From Bilabrum cf. latius (Eukaryota): DNA of 64,000 nt. The notes below the pieces were generated by a model. The model was not told the origin of the DNA, searched no databases, and saw nothing but the letters and a program-made list of their open reading frames with translations. Location: contig OZ237754.1 in the NCBI GenBank assembly GCA_965178125.1, positions 868,001-932,000 of the forward strand. Direction: 5' to 3'. Below, piece by piece: positions 12,101-26,074 of the stretch. The stretch's first letter is position 1, and the number at the start of each line of letters is the position of its first letter. Both the position numbers and the translations under genes were made by a program.

Positions 12101-15100
12101 CCGACGTGCCGCTCACAAGGGCAACCGAATCGAAGTAGTTGAGATCGTACTCGAGTGCCCTGCAGTTGTCCGTGCCGCACGCCTCCTCCACTGCCGGCTT
12201 CTCGTTCCTGTCGCACAGGCCCTCGTCCACCACGTGCCAGTTCTCGCTTCTCTGCTCGGCGCAGAGCTCCGTGCGGCCGTCCTCCGTCTGGTAAGTGCAG
12301 GGGCCACGCTGGGCGCACAGCACCTCTCGGCTCCGCATGCCGCCGCCACATCGCTGGGTGCACGCCTACCACTCGCCCGCGTACCAGAATCTGGTCGAGC
12401 ACTCCTGCGTGTTGCACACACGAGCCCCGAGCGGAGGATCAGCGCAGTGGGCGTCCAGCACCAGCCGTCCATCCCCGTTCCTGTTCCGGCACTCCAGCAG
12501 GCGACTCTGCTCCCCGCCGCCGCAAGGCTCCGAGCAGGCGCCCCATCCCGAGCTGGACCAGGCGCACTCGCCCACGTCGCACGTCTCCGCCTCGGCGGGC
12601 TTGAGCGCCTTGCTGCACAGCGACGAGTCCACCACGGTGCCTCCGGTAGTCTGGCACCACACGGCCCTTCGCCTTGTGCCCTCCCCGCACTCGACGTCGC
12701 ACGCCCGCCAGGCAGTCGAGGCCCACTCGTAGCTCTCGCACACACCATTCACCGACAGAGTGCCAGCGAGCAGCACCTGGAACTGCACGTCCCTGCCCGA
12801 GTTCTGTCCCTCCACCGCGATGTAGAGCTCCTCCTCCTCGTACGCGCAGTTGGGCACGGTGAACGTCTGCGTGGCGGTGACCGCCTCCAGGTCGGTCATG
12901 CCTGCCGCCGGTGGCTGGCCCGCGCGAACCCGCATCGTGTAGGCCGCATCCGAGGCCTCTCCAGTCCTAGTCACAGTAGCCACACTGACCAGCATGTCTG
13001 ACCTGGCAGGAAGCATCAGCCTCAGGTGCGTGGTCTCCCTCTGGTCCGCCTGCACCAGGGCGCACTGCCTCGAGACAACGTCGCCCACCGTCACGCTGCA
13101 GTTAAGCACGCGCCGCCAGAAACCGCCCTGGAAGCGATCGAACGGCACCTGGAATTTCCAAGAATCGGAATCGCTGCTGCCACTGCTGCCCGAGTTGAGC
13201 CTGCGGAGCGCGCGAGTGGACGCATGCCTCTGCACCACGCTGTGGGGCGTCTCGGACTGCATGCTCACCCACCTGCTGGCAGTGCCCTGTTCCACCCTCG
13301 CGCCGTGGTCCGTGGGCATGAGCTCCCTGCCGCTGTGCACGGCCTCGGGCACCTTTGTGGAAGCCACGATCGACTCCACCATGCGCCTGGTGGCGATCGC
13401 CTGAGCCAGATTCCTCTGGTGGTGCTGCGCATCGGTCAATCCGGCCCCACGCGCCTCGAGTCGTCGGCCGGCTCCTCCCTCCACCTGCCCGGGGACGGGT
13501 GCCTCACCCAGCAGCGGCGCCCACTCGATGTCTGGGTAGGTCACCCGCAGGCCGCCTCCCTGGGTCGTCTTGCGGAAGAGCATCTCCTCCTCCTCCACGA
13601 AGCTGGGGCGCGCCAGGCCGTCGAATGCTTCCGATAGAGCCATGGCCCGGCGCACAGCCGCAGGTGATGCCATCGTGCGGTTGTAGGCATCGATCAGCAG
13701 CCGCCTGCGCTCTGCCTGCGAGTTCATGTCAGCGATGCTCGTGCCCTGCTGGTTGCCCGTGTCACCTGGCCGGGTAGAATCGTGGAAGTCCGACCTGGTA
13801 GCGATGATCATCTGCTGGGCTATCTCGGAGCCGGCCAGGTATGGCCTCTCCGCCGCCGCCACGTGCCCCTGACCGATCCCTTCCACCGAGATTCCCGAGA
13901 ATCCCTGCCCAACCACGGGAAAGAATGAGTCGTGGGAGCCTGCGTACATGCCCATGGTGGTGGGCGCGTCCGGTGGGGCATGCACCCTCAGGTTAAAGGA
14001 GCGCTCAGCACCGCTGCCGCCGCTCTCAGGGGCAGTGCCGACGAAGTAGTTGTACCCCTGGGACTCGAGACTCCTGCGGACCGTGTCTCCCTGCTCCAGT
14101 CTCTCGTACGCCTGCAGCGAGATCTCGAATTCGGCGCTGGACTGGGCGTACACGGCAATCCACAGCTCCTCGGAGTAGTACGTGTCGAGGCTCGACACGA
14201 CCACCTCGTCCACAATCCCGGCTCGCTCTTTGCTTCTCCACATCCAGTCGTTGCGGGGGAAGGTGCGGAACATGCGGTGGTGCACGTACAGGTTGGCATC
14301 ACCCACGGTCGACCGAAGAGAGATGCGGGCTGCAGAGGCGGTGGCAGACACCTTGGCGCGGAACAGCCTGTAGCCCAGCGCGGGCACGTTGTACTTGGCG
14401 GTCTCTCCGGGGTTCAGGTCGCTGATCTCCATGCCGATCACGCCAAGACCAAAGCCCATCTCGGAGACGACCGAAGAGCACGCGTAGGAGCCTGGCGTGT
14501 ACTCGTCCCCTGAGATGATGAGGCTGAGCACACCGGGCGCGTCGGCGGGTGACTGCACAGCAGACCACTTGCCCGGGTTTTCCTCGGATGGCCACCCACT
14601 TTCGTCCTTGTTATGGCACTGGAAATCAAACGGCAGGTCAAGAGGCGCCACGGAGCCATCGTCCCAGCGGGGCGGCTGCACCACCTCGACGATTGGGGCG
14701 TCGTCGAATTCAAGCTCGCCGTAGGCTGCCTCCGCGGTAGCTGCCAGAAAGAGGATCCCCGTTGTTCCCTCGCCGGAGTATAGCATGAAGTTGCGGGTCT
14801 GGTTGGCGCTTTGCCCCGCCATTTCCTCTGTCATCCGCTGGTTGTAGTTTGCTTCTGCTTGGGTCAGGTCAACAGATGCCGTGTTGCCGGTGGCGTAGGA
14901 CACTGCAGTTTCTGCACTCATGTCAAGCGTGCTAGAGTCGAAACCCATGGCTTCCAGCGTCCCGTCGTACAGCCATGGCTTGGTAAAATCGATGTCGGCG
15001 CACAGTCCGATGCTGAAGGGGAGATCAGCCTCTGCGATCCCCGGTGGCCATGCTTCCGGCGCGGTCCCGATCTGGTCCTTCTGCGGCACCGTGACCACCT

Positions 15101-17831
15101 GAACGGCCATGCCTGGCTGCAGCTGCGTGTAGGACGTGGCCTGCACCTTGAACTCCACTTCTCCGTTCGGGTCGATGTGCCTGGCAAACACGTACACTCG
15201 GCTAGACGGCGTCAGCCTATCGTTGGCCGAGGTGACCATGGCACTCAGCTGTGAGTCGTAGGACCTGGTGATGGCGAACGAGTTCCGCATGCCAGATGGA
15301 TCCGCCTTGTCCTCGCCCATGCCGTAGATCTCCAGGGACATCTGCGCGTTGCCCTCGGTCTTGAACAGCCTGGCGTCGACTGCGTTGTCTCCCTCTTGCA
15401 TCAGCAAGCAGCCGCGGTACCGGTTGGTCGAGTTGAGCCTGACGCCGTGGCCAGCCCCGGGGAAGATGACGTGGCGCATCCTGCGGCGTTCCGCCCTGTC
15501 TGACACGTGCGCGAACGGAGTGTTTCCGTTCGAGTCGAGGTTTAGGCAGGTGCTCGAGCAGTCCTGCTCTGCAGCCGGCCTGGCCACCGGGCTGCCGCTG
15601 GAGTCCGTCTCGCAGTGCCTGTCGTCCACAACTGTTCCGTCGCCGTTGTTCGTCTGGCATGTGATTTCACGGGTCCGCACGCCGATACCGCAGTCGGTGT
15701 TGCACTCGGACCAGTCGCTCGTGTGCAGCGCGCACCCGCGAGAGCCGCACACCTGCTCCGTGGTTGGCTCTTCATTCACCTGAAGCACCCTCACGCGCGC
15801 AGGAGCATCCTCGTCAAACGCATCCAGCAGATCCCAGTCGTTCTTGCGTTCATCGTATGCGTCCCACTCGTCAGCGTAGTCGAAGCCAGACAGCCGCCTA
15901 AGGCCTTTCGAAGACGAGCTCGATCCCCAGCCGGGGCGGCTTCCCTTCCGGTACCTCCTTGTCCTGCACCCGCTGATGCCGGGCCCGTAGATCTATTTCT
16001 TCCCCAGGATAGTAAAGTCGAACACAATCGGGAATATATCTCCCAAGTTCAGCTCCATTCGTTTCCCGTAGGGGCCAAGGCAGAGGCCTCCCAGGCACGT
16101 CCTCGGGATTTCCAGGTTCACAACAGGCGCCTCGATGCTGATCTGTCCGTCCACCCCGAGGTACGTGTCGATCTTGACGCGCCTCCAGCCCGTGCACCCA
16201 CTGGGTGTCAGGTCGACCTGAATGTAGGGGTGCACGGCGATGGCAAAGCCCCAGACGCCGTAGATGGAGAAGATGACCTTGTTCTCCAGTGCGACACGGA
16301 GCGACAGGTCATCGCGAAGGTCAATGTACGGCTTGCGGGTCTTCATCACTGCCGACCTCTCCTTGATCAGGCGCCAGCCCGACTCCACGTCGAAGGCCAC
16401 GCCCACGGTGATGGACTGGTCCACCCAGAAGCCAGGGCCGACCACCTTGCTGTCCTTGCTCCCCTTGAGCGAGGTGCCTACATCTACTTGGCCGTCGATG
16501 TCGATGGTGACTGGGACAACGCCTAGCACGTACTTGAGCCTCTTGTAGGTCTCCCGCTCCTTGACATTCATCCATTTGTAGCCCTCGATGATGCCGTCGG
16601 TCGTCTCCAGCGAGATATCGATGCCCAGCAAAATCCCGGCAAACGCGGACACTGCGGTTGAGCGAGAGTATCATATCATGTAGAAGAAAACGATGAAGGC
16701 TTTTGTTGCAGCGGCCAGGGAGGTGCGGCAGCTTGCTCCAGAAATCGCGGAACACGGGATGCGGAACTGCTCACGCTCCATGTTTTGCAGCTTCCACCAG
16801 TTCATGTTCATCTCGAACTTCATGTTGGCTCCGATGTACGCATAACAGTTATCGCATAGTAGCTCTCGCGAGAACGGCGTCGAAGTCTCCATCGGCTTGC
16901 GATTCCAGCTGTCGAAGTTCCACTTCACCAGGGCGTACTCCTCGAAATACGTAGCACCCCACTCGAAGTCGAAACCGTCCGCAATCTCTTCAGCAGCGCT
17001 CTTTACGACCTCTACGACGGTGGTGACGGCGTCTGCCACGGCACTCACCGCGTCGCTCACCCAGCCCCAGAGCCGTCGGCCACGGCGGCCGAGCTTCTGC
17101 AACCTGCGGGCCGCCTGCACCTGACCACCGGTGTCGTTGAGGTACTTGCTTCTCTCCAAATCAGACACAGCCGCAAAAATATCCTCTGCGTGGAAGTATA
17201 GATAGTCAATCACTACTTGGGACGCGAGCGGTCGGGCGAGGCATGACCATCAAAGCACGCAACGCGGAACGGAGGATATCGCTTGCTCGGCCAACTCACG
17301 TTCAAACTGCCCAGGGCTTCTCGACATGTGCGTGTTGATGTGAGTAAAGCACGAATCGAATGTTGTCGGCTTCGTCTTGACGATAATCTAGCCTTCGTAG
17401 GAGACTGGCGAGCTAATCACCTTGAAATAGAACGGCGCTGCATTCCCGCCCTTCTTCGAGATGCAGCCCCACTTCTCAGAACCGACCACAATGGAACCGT
17501 CAAAAATACGCTGTGCTAGATGCTTAGCGCTGCTGCCACGCATGACGAGCTCTCCATTTTCACGGCACTCGACCGAATCGAGGCCTGGCCACTCATCCAG
17601 CGTTTCGACGTGGTGCTGCACGGTGACATCGTAGTGAAATTTGATCACGCCACCCAATGGATCTACTTTCTCCATGGAATGCAGATACCTCTTACCATGT
17701 GGGTGGATCTCAGGGATAGGCGTTTCATGCCTAAGAGCATCGTTGATGAGGTCGGCTGTTCCGCGGGCTAGAAAAGCGGCAGCCGCTGCCACGAACAACG
17801 CCACCGGCAGCTTCGGTGATGCTGGAGACAT
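9162..17831 (-). CDS. Giant type I membrane protein with thrombospondin type-1 repeats, EGF domain and C-terminal TM helix (copy A, ~2,800 aa, TAG=Gln)
   Basis: Signal peptide MSPASPKLPVALFVAAAAAFLARG at 17831. Two probable GT-AG introns (17216-17299, 16652-16774). One continuous frame 16651 to 9162, interrupted only by TAG (15993, 12366, 11316). Multiple WSECxxxCGxGxxxR TSP1 motifs, EGF CLNGGLCVQGQCHC, TM IVGGLSAAIVALAVAVAGMAAYIYL, stop TGA. Confidence 0.88.
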
Positions 17832-18382
17832 AGGTGATACTATCCTCTTTCAAGGTGAAAGTCGAAGCCAAGGTGACAATTCACGCGATTTCAGAGGTCC
17901 TGAACCCGCCTTGGCAAAGTGGCTGAAATGAGCAGAGCCGGATGGGATGTGATCATCGTGTGCCATTGGTATACTACTAGTTCCGGGATAAGAGCTCCAA
18001 GACCAGTGATAGCGTGCCAATACTGGTATACGATCCGCGCACCACGAACGCGAAGAAGCGAGCATCACGAGTGGAATCCGAGAAGAAAGGAGAACAGAGA
18101 AAAATTTCGAGGCTTACCGGAATCAATGGGGAGTTACTGTTAAGCCAGCTTGTCAGGATGCCAGCTAAGCCTCAGGACAAACAAGTCAGAGGCCGGCGAC
18201 AAACTGCAAGCAGACCTTAAAGTGACACACGCGACAGCTAGCCTGCAAAACAGTAATAGTGGTACCGTATCCGAGGGACTTAAAAATTGCAATTATGATA
18301 CTGTTGAAATAGCGCCCACGGCGTGGTCTCCCTCCGTTAAGAATTCTCTCCTTGGGCGCGGACCTCGCGATCGGCAATAAAC

Positions 18383-21300
18383 ACTGAGCGGCGCGAGCTG
18401 CACCAGCATCTCTGCATTGTGCTGTTTGGTTTTGCTTGTGTGGCGCTCGCTGCCTGGGCTCCCTTCGTTGACCTTGTCCGCCTTGGGCGTGGGTCAGCGG
18501 GGAGGACTGAGCGGCGCGAGCTGCGCCAGCATCTCTGCATTTGTGCTGTTTGGTTTTGCTTGTGCGGCGCCCGCTGCCTGGTCTCCCTTCGTTGACCTTG
18601 TCCGCCTTGGGCGTGGGTCAGCGGGGAGGACTGAGCGGCGCGAGCTGCACCAGCATCTCTGCATTTGTGCTGTTTGGTTTTGCTTGTGCGGCGCTCGCTG
18701 CCTGGGCTTCCTTCGTTGACCTTGTCCGCCTTGGGCGTGGGTCAGCGGGGAGGACTGAGCGGCGCGAGCTGCACCAGCATCTCTGCATTTGTGCTGTTTG
18801 GTTTTGCTTGTGTGGCGCTCGCTGCCTGGGCTTCCTTTGTTGACCTTGTCCGCCTTGGGCGTGGGTCAGCGGGGAGGACTGAGCGGCGTGAGCTGCGCCA
18901 GCATCTCTGCATTGTGCTGTTTGGTTTTGCTTGTGCGGCGCTCGCTGCCTGGGCTTCCTTCGTTGACCTTGTCCGCCTTGGGCGTGGGTCAGCGGGGAGG
19001 ACTGAGCGGCGCGAGCTGCACCAGCATCTCTGCATTTGTGCTGTTTGGTTTTGCTTGTGCGGCGCTCGCTGCCTGGTCTCCCTTCGTTGACCTTGTCCGC
19101 CTTGGGCGTGGGTCAGCGGGGAGGACTGAGCGGCGCGAGCTGCACCAGCATCTCTGCATTGTGCTGTTTGGTTTTGCTTGTGCGGCGCTCGCTGCCTGGG
19201 CTTCCTTCGTTGACCTTGTCCGCCTTGGGCGTGGGTCAGCGTAGAGGACTAAGCGGCGCGAGCTGCACCAGCATCTCTGCATTTGTGCTGTTTGGTTTTG
19301 CTTGTGCGGCGCTCGCTGCCTGGGCTTCCTTCGTTGACCTTGTCCGCCTTGGGCGTGGGTCAGCGGGGAGGACTGAGCGGCGCGAGCTGCGCCAGCATCT
19401 CTGCATTTGTGCTGTTTGGTTTTGCTTGTGCGGCGCTCGCTGCCTGGGCTTCCTTCGTTGACCTTGTCCGCCTTGGGCGTGGGTCAGCGGGGAGGACTGA
19501 GCGGCGCGAGCTGCACCAGCATCTCTGCATTTGTGCTGTTTGGGCTGGCTTGTGTGGTACTCGCTGCCTGGGCTTCCTTCGTTGACCTTGTCCGCCTTGG
19601 GCGTGGGTCAGCGGGGAGGACTGCGCGGCGCGAGCTGCACCAGCATCTCTGCATTTGTGCTGTTTGGTTTTGCTTGTGCGGCGCTCGCTGCCTGGGCTTC
19701 CTTCGTTGACCTTGTCCGCCTTGGGCGTGGGTCAGCGGGGAGGACTGAGCGGCGCGAGCTGCACCAGCATCTCTGCATTTGTGCTGTTTGGTTTTGCTTG
19801 TGTGGCGCTCGCTGCCTGGGCTCCCTTCGTTGACCTTGTCCGCCTTGGGCGTGGGTCAGCGGGGAGGACTGAGCGGCGCGAGCTGCACCAGCATCTCTGC
19901 ATTGTTGCTGTTTGGTTTTGCTTGTGCGGCGCTCGCTGCCTGGGCTTCCTTCGTTGACCTTGTCCGCCTTGGGCGTGGGTCAGCGGGGAGGACTGAGCGG
20001 CGCGAGCTGCACCAGCATCTCTGCATTGTGCTGTTTGGTTTTGCTTGTGCGGCGCCCGCTGCCTGGGCTTCCTTCGTTGACCTTGTCCGCCTTGGGCGTG
20101 GGTCAGCGGGGAGGACTGAGCGGCGCGAGCTGCACCAGCATCTCTGCATTGTTGCTGTTTGGGCTGGCTTGTGCGGCGCTCGCTGCCTGGTCTCCCTTCG
20201 TTGACCTTGTCCGCCTTGGGCGTGGGTCAGCGGGGAGGACTGAGCGGCGCGAGCTGCACCAGCATCTCTGCATTGTGCTGTTTGGTTTTGCTTGTGCGGC
20301 GCTCGCTGCCTGGTCTCCCTTCGTTGACCTTGTCCGCCTTGGGCGTGGGTCAGCGGGGAGGACTGAGCGGCGCGAGCTGCACCAGCATCTCTGCATTGTG
20401 CTGTTTGGTTTTGCTTGTGCGGCGCTCGCTGCCTGGTCTCCCTTCGTTGACCTTGTCCGCCTTGGGCGTGGGTCAGCGGGGAGGACTGAGCGGCGCGAGC
20501 TGCGCCAGCATCTCTGCATTGTGCTGTTTGGTTTTGCTTGTGCGGCACTCGCTGCCTGGGCTTCCTTCGTTGACCTTGTCCGCCTTGGGCGTGGGTCAGC
20601 GGGGAGGACTGAGCGGCGCGAGCTGCACCAGCATCTCTGCATTGTGCTGTTTGGTTTTGCTTGTGCGGCGCTCGCTGCCTGGGCTTCCTTCGTTGACCTT
20701 GTCCGCCTTGGGCGTGGGTCAGCGGGGAGGACTGAGCGGCGCGAGCTGCGCCAGCATCTCTGCATTTGTGCTGTTTGGTTTTGCTTGTGCGGCGCTCGCT
20801 GCCTGGGCTTCCTTCGTTGACCTTGTCCGCCTTGGGCGTGGGTCAGCGGGGAGGACTGAGCGGCGCGAGCTGCACCAGCATCTCTGCATTGTTGCTGTTT
20901 GGGCTGGCTTGTGTGGTACTCGCTGCCTGGGCTTCCTTCGTTGACCTTGTCCGCCTTGGGCGTGGGTCAGCGGGGAGGACTGCGCGGCGCGAGCTGCACC
21001 AGCATCTCTGCATTTGTGCTGTTTGGTTTTGCTTGTGCGGCGCTCGCTGCCTGGGCTTCCTTCGTTGACCTTGTCCGCCTTGGGCGTGGGTCAGCGGGGA
21101 GGACTGAGCGGCGCGAGCTGCACCAGCATCTCTGCATTTGTGCTGTTTGGTTTTGCTTGTGTGGCGCTCGCTGCCTGGGCTCCCTTCGTTGACCTTGTCC
21201 GCCTTGGGCGTGGGTCAGCGGGGAGGACTGAGCGGCGCGAGCTGCACCAGCATCTCTGCATTTGTGCTGTTTGGTTTTGCTTGTGCGGCGCTCGCTGCCT

Positions 21301-24300
21301 GGGCTTCCTTCGTTGACCTTGTCCGCCTTGGGCGTGGGTCAGCGGGGAGGACTGAGCGGCGCGAGCTGCACCAGCATCTCTGCATTGTGCTGTTTGGTTT
21401 TGCTTGTGCGGCGCCCGCTGCCTGGGCTTCCTTCGTTGACCTTGTCCGCCTTGGGCGTGGGTCAGCGGGGAGGACTGAGCGGCGCGAGCTGCACCAGCAT
21501 CTCTGCATTGTTGCTGTTTGGGCTGGCTTGTGCGGCGCTCGCTGCCTGGTCTCCCTTCGTTGACCTTGTCCGCCTTGGGCGTGGGTCAGCGGGGAGGACT
21601 GAGCGGCGCGAGCTGCACCAGCATCTCTGCATTGTGCTGTTTGGTTTTGCTTGTGCGGCGCTCGCTGCCTGGGCTTCCTTCGTTGACCTTGTCCGCCTTG
21701 GGCGTGGGTCAGCGGGGAGGACTGAGCGGCGCGAGCTGCACCAGCATCTCTGCATTGTGCTGTTTGGTTTTGCTTGTGCGGCGCTCGCTGCCTGGGCTTC
21801 CTTCGTTGACCTTGTCCGCCTTGGGCGTGGGTCAGCGGGGAGGACTGAGCGGCGCGAGCTGCGCCAGCATCTCTGCATTGTGCTGTTTGGTTTTGCTTGT
21901 GCGGCGCTCGCTGCCTGGTCTCCCTTCGTTGACCTTGTCCGCCTTGGGCGTGGGTCAGCGGGGAGGACTGAGCGGCGCGAGCTGCACCAGCATCTCTGCA
22001 TTGTGCTGTTTGGTTTTGCTTGTGCGGCGCTCGCTGCCTGGGCTTCCTTCGTTGACCTTGTCCGCCTTGGGCGTGGGTCAGCGGGGAGGACTGAGCGGCG
22101 CGAGCTGCACCAGCATCTCTGCATTGTGCTGTTTGGTTTTGCTTGTGCGGCGCTCGCTGCCTGGGCTTCCTTCGTTGACCTTGTCCGCCTTGGGCGTGGG
22201 TCAGCGGGGAGGACTGAGCGGCGCGAGCTGCACCAGCATCTCTGCATTGTGCTGTCTGGTTTTGCTTGTGTGGCGTTCGCTGCCTGGTCTCCCTTCGTTG
22301 ACCTTGTCCGCCTTGGGCGTGGGTCAGCGGGGAGGACTGAGCGGCGCGAGCTGCACCAGCATCTCTGCATTGTGCTGTTTGGTTTTGCTTGTGCGGCGCT
22401 CGCTGCCTGGGCTTCCTTCGTTGACCTTGTCCGCCTTGGGCGTGGGTCAGCGGGGAGGACTGAGCGGCGCGAGCTGCACCAGCATCTCGGCATTTGTGCT
22501 GTTTGGTTTTGCTTGTGCGGCACTCGCTGCCTGGGCTTCCTTCGTTGACCTTGTCCGCCTTGGGCGTGGGTCAGCGGGGAGGACTGAGCGGCGCGAGCTG
22601 CACCAGCATCTCTGCATTTGTGCTGTTTGGGCTGGCTTGTGCGGCACTCGCTGCCTGGGCTTCCTTCGTTGACCTTGTCCGCCTTGGGCGTGGGTCAGCG
22701 GGGAGGACTGAGCGGCGCGAGCTGCACCAGCATCTCTGCATTGTGCTGTTTGGTTTTGCTTGTGCGGCGCTCGCTGCCTGGGCTTCCTTCGTTGACCTTG
22801 TCCGCCTTGGGCGTGGGTCAGCGGGGAGGACTGAGCGGCGCGAGCTGCACCAGCATCTCTGCATTGTGCTGTTTGGTTTTGCTTGTGCGGCGCTCGCTGC
22901 CTGGGCTTCCTTCGTTGACCTTGTCCGCCTTGGGCGTGGGTCAGCGGGGAGGACTGAGCGGCGCGAGCTGCACCAGCATCTCTGCATTGTGCTGTTTGGT
23001 TTTGCTTGTGCGGCGCTCGCTGCCTGGGCTTCCTTCGTTGACCTTGTCCGCCTTGGGCGTGGGTCAGCGGGGAGGACTGAGCGGCGCGAGCTGCACCAGC
23101 ATCTCTGCATTGTGCTGTTTGGTTTTGCTTGTGCGGCGCCCGCTGCCTGGGCTTCCTTCGTTGACCTTGTCCGCCTTGGGCGTGGGTCAGCGGGGAGGAC
23201 TGAGCGGCGCGAGCTGCGCCAGCATCTCTGCATTGTGCTGTTTGGTTTTGCTTGTGCGGCGCTCGCTGCCTGGGCTTCCTTCGTTGACCTTGTCCGCCTT
23301 GGGCGTGGGTCAGCGGGGAGGACTGAGCGGCGCGAGCTGCACCAGCATCTCTGCACTGTGCTGTTTGGTTTTGCTTGTGCGGCGCTCGCTGCCTGGGCTT
23401 CCTTCGTTGACCTTGTCCGCCTTGGGCGTGGGTCAGCGGGGAGGACTGAGCGGCGCGAGCTGCACCAGCATCTCTGCATTTGTGCTGTTTGGTTTTGCTT
23501 GTGCGGCGCTCGCTGCCTGGTCTCCCTTCGTTGACCTTGTCCGCCTTGGGCGTGGGTCAGCGGGGAGGACTGAGCGGCGCGAGCTGCACCAGCATCTCTG
23601 CATTTGTGCTGTTTGGGCTGGCTTGTGCGGCGCTCGCTGCCTGGGCTCCCTTCGTTGACCTTGTCCGCCTTGGGCGTGGGTCAGCGGGGAGGGCTGAGCG
23701 GCGCGAGCTGCACCAGCATCTCTGCATTGTGCTGTTTGGTTTTGCTTGTGCGGCGCTCGCTGCCTGGGCTTCCTTCGTTGACCTTGTCCGCCTTGGGCGT
23801 GGGTCAGCGGGGAGGACTGAGCGGCGCGAGCTGCACCAGCATCTCTGCATTGTGCTGTTTGGTTTTGCTTGTGCGGCGCCCGCTGCCTGGGCTTCCTTCG
23901 TTGACCTTGTCCGCCTTGGGCGTGGGTCAGCGGGGAGGACTGAGCGGCGCGAGCTGCACCAGCATCTCTGCATTGTGCTGTTTGGTTTTGCTTGTGCGGC
24001 GCCCGCTGCCTGGGCTTCCTTCGTTGACCTTGTCCGCCTTGGGCGTGGGTCAGCGGGGAGGACTGCGCGGCGCGAGCTGCGCCAGCATCTCTGCATTAGT
24101 GCTGTTTGGTTTTGCTTGTGCGGCGCTCGCTGCCTGGGCTTCCTTCGTTGACCTTGTCCGCCTTGGGCGTGGGTCAGCGGGGAGGACTGCGCGGCGCGAG
24201 CTGCACCAGCATCTCTGCATTGTGCTGTTTGGTTTTGCTTGTGCGGCGCCCGCTGCCTGGGCTTCCCTCGTTGACCTTGTCCGCCTTGGGCGTGGGTCAG

Positions 24301-24458
24301 CGGGGAGGACTGAGCGGCGCGAGCTGCACCAGCATCTCTGCATTGTGCTGTTTGGTTTTGCTTGTGCGGCGCTCGCTGCCTGGGCTTCCTTCGTTGACCT
24401 TGTCCGCCTTGGGCGTGGGTCAGCGGGGAGGACTGAGCGGCGCGAGCTGCACCAGCAT
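18383..24458. repeat. Tandem satellite, 123/124-bp unit, about 49 copies
   Basis: Unit ACTGAGCGGCGCGAGCTGCACCAGCATCTCTGCATT(T)GTGCTGTTTGGTTTTGCTTGTGCGGCGCTCGCTGCCTGGGCTTCCTTCGTTGACCTTGTCCGCCTTGGGCGTGGGTCAGCGGGGAGG is repeated head to tail. One-nt length variants break every reading frame. Confidence 0.97.
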
Positions 24459-25577
24459 GCATTCTCTGCTCTGTTGTAAAAGGGGAATGGACTGCATGAC
24501 CCGCTTGATTTTGATTTTGATTTCTATTATTGATATGCATCCTTTTATATTCATGTGGAGGTGCCATCTTGCATCTGTGGGATTTGGCACCCCACATGGG
24601 CCTCTTCCTAGCAATGGATGGACTGGCAATGCCAGGGGCTATTTCTGGGCCAATGGGTGTCCCTGCGGCGGTTCGATGGGCGAACCACCAAGGGGGGGCC
24701 CAGTGTTGTTCCCTGACCAAGTGGTAGGCCGTCCCCAAAGTGGCGTGAATGGTCCGATCCACCTACCCAGCGGCCAGGGCAACACCAGCCAATACCACAG
24801 CGCCACGGAAGGAGGAGAGAAGTAGGAGAATGACGACGACGTGCGACTGATACCGAGAACGAGGCGAGGCGAGCAGGAGACGAGAGCGAGGATGAACGGA
24901 GCACGGTCACGCGAGCCGGAGGGCAAGCGTGGCCGAGATGAGGGATGATTGCTACTAGTGACTGTGTCGGACGTAACCAGATAAGCGCCATCATGTGCCA
25001 TTGGTATACTACTAGTTCCGGGATAAGAGCTCCAAGACCAGTGATAGCGTGCCAATACTGGTATACGATCCGCGCACCACGAACGCGAAGAAGCGAGCAT
25101 CACGAGTGGAATCCGAGAAGAAAGGAGAACAGAGAAAAATTTCAAAAAATTCGATTCTCATGCGAGACCTCCTCCCCCCATGAAGTCCTGGGGGGCAGGG
25201 GGGGGAGAAGGGACGAGAGCGAGAGGCCAGCGTGACAGACGCGGTGGGACTTGGGCGCAGGACATGCGCGAGATACGACGGGCCATCTAGAGGAAACCGA
25301 CGAGTCAGGCCACCTGACTGCTGCCTTTCGATAGGCTGATAATTGGGAGCAATAGCGAAGTTATCCGGACGTGGCCCAAGTCTGGGCCAGGCAGCAAGTA
25401 AGTAGCAGGTACCCGCGATGACGCAGCGAGCACGAGCGCAGCGGGGTCCAACAATGGGAACTAACCTCTCCCCTGCCCCCACTACCTATGTAACCAACCC
25501 CTTCCACATCTCGCAAAATAGCGAGGCAGATTGTGCATTATCAGCTGACCAGGATCAGACGGGGACGAGGGCCGAGA

Positions 25578-26074
25578 CGTTGCGGACGGCAACGGAGCAG
25601 GGCCAGTAGGACCGTGCAGGAATGGATATCCAGGATTGCACGGACCCGCCGGTGAGGCAGGGAGCCTCCACCCTTCGTCATCAGCCAGGGTGTGACTACG
25701 TAGTCACCCCTGGTGCTTGTACTTCACTGTTCAGCACGGGTTTGCAAGCGGATGGCGTAGGGGGCCAGGGACTAGGCTTGAGTCCCCGTGGGACCATGAT
25801 GTGGGAACCAAAACATCATTCAAGAACAGGTTCCGGTGACCCGGGTCTGACTCCGTTAGGCGGAGCTGTCGTCGAGTCGTTGCGGAGGGCAACGGAACAG
25901 GGCCAGTAGGACCGTGCAGGAATGGCCATCCAGGATCGCACGGAGCTGCTGGTGAGGCAGGGAGCCTCCATCCTTCGTCATCAGCCAGGGTGTGACTCCG
26001 TGGTCACCCCTGGTGCTTGTACTTCACTGTTCAGCACGGGTTTGCAAGCGGATGGCGTAGGGGGCCAGGGACTG
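25578..26074. repeat. ~195-bp direct duplication at 300-bp spacing inside the Ngaro-like element
   Basis: CGTTGCGGA..GGCCAGTAGGACCGTGCAGGAATGG...GGGGGCCAGGGACT occurs at ~25578-25774 and ~25878-26074. Confidence 0.85.

Noticed and set aside
18383-24458. CRISPR array, or the long ORFs called across the repeat
   Set aside because: Units are contiguous near-identical monomers with no unique spacers and no cas genes. The 123/124-bp length variants shift frames, so the ORFs are by-products.
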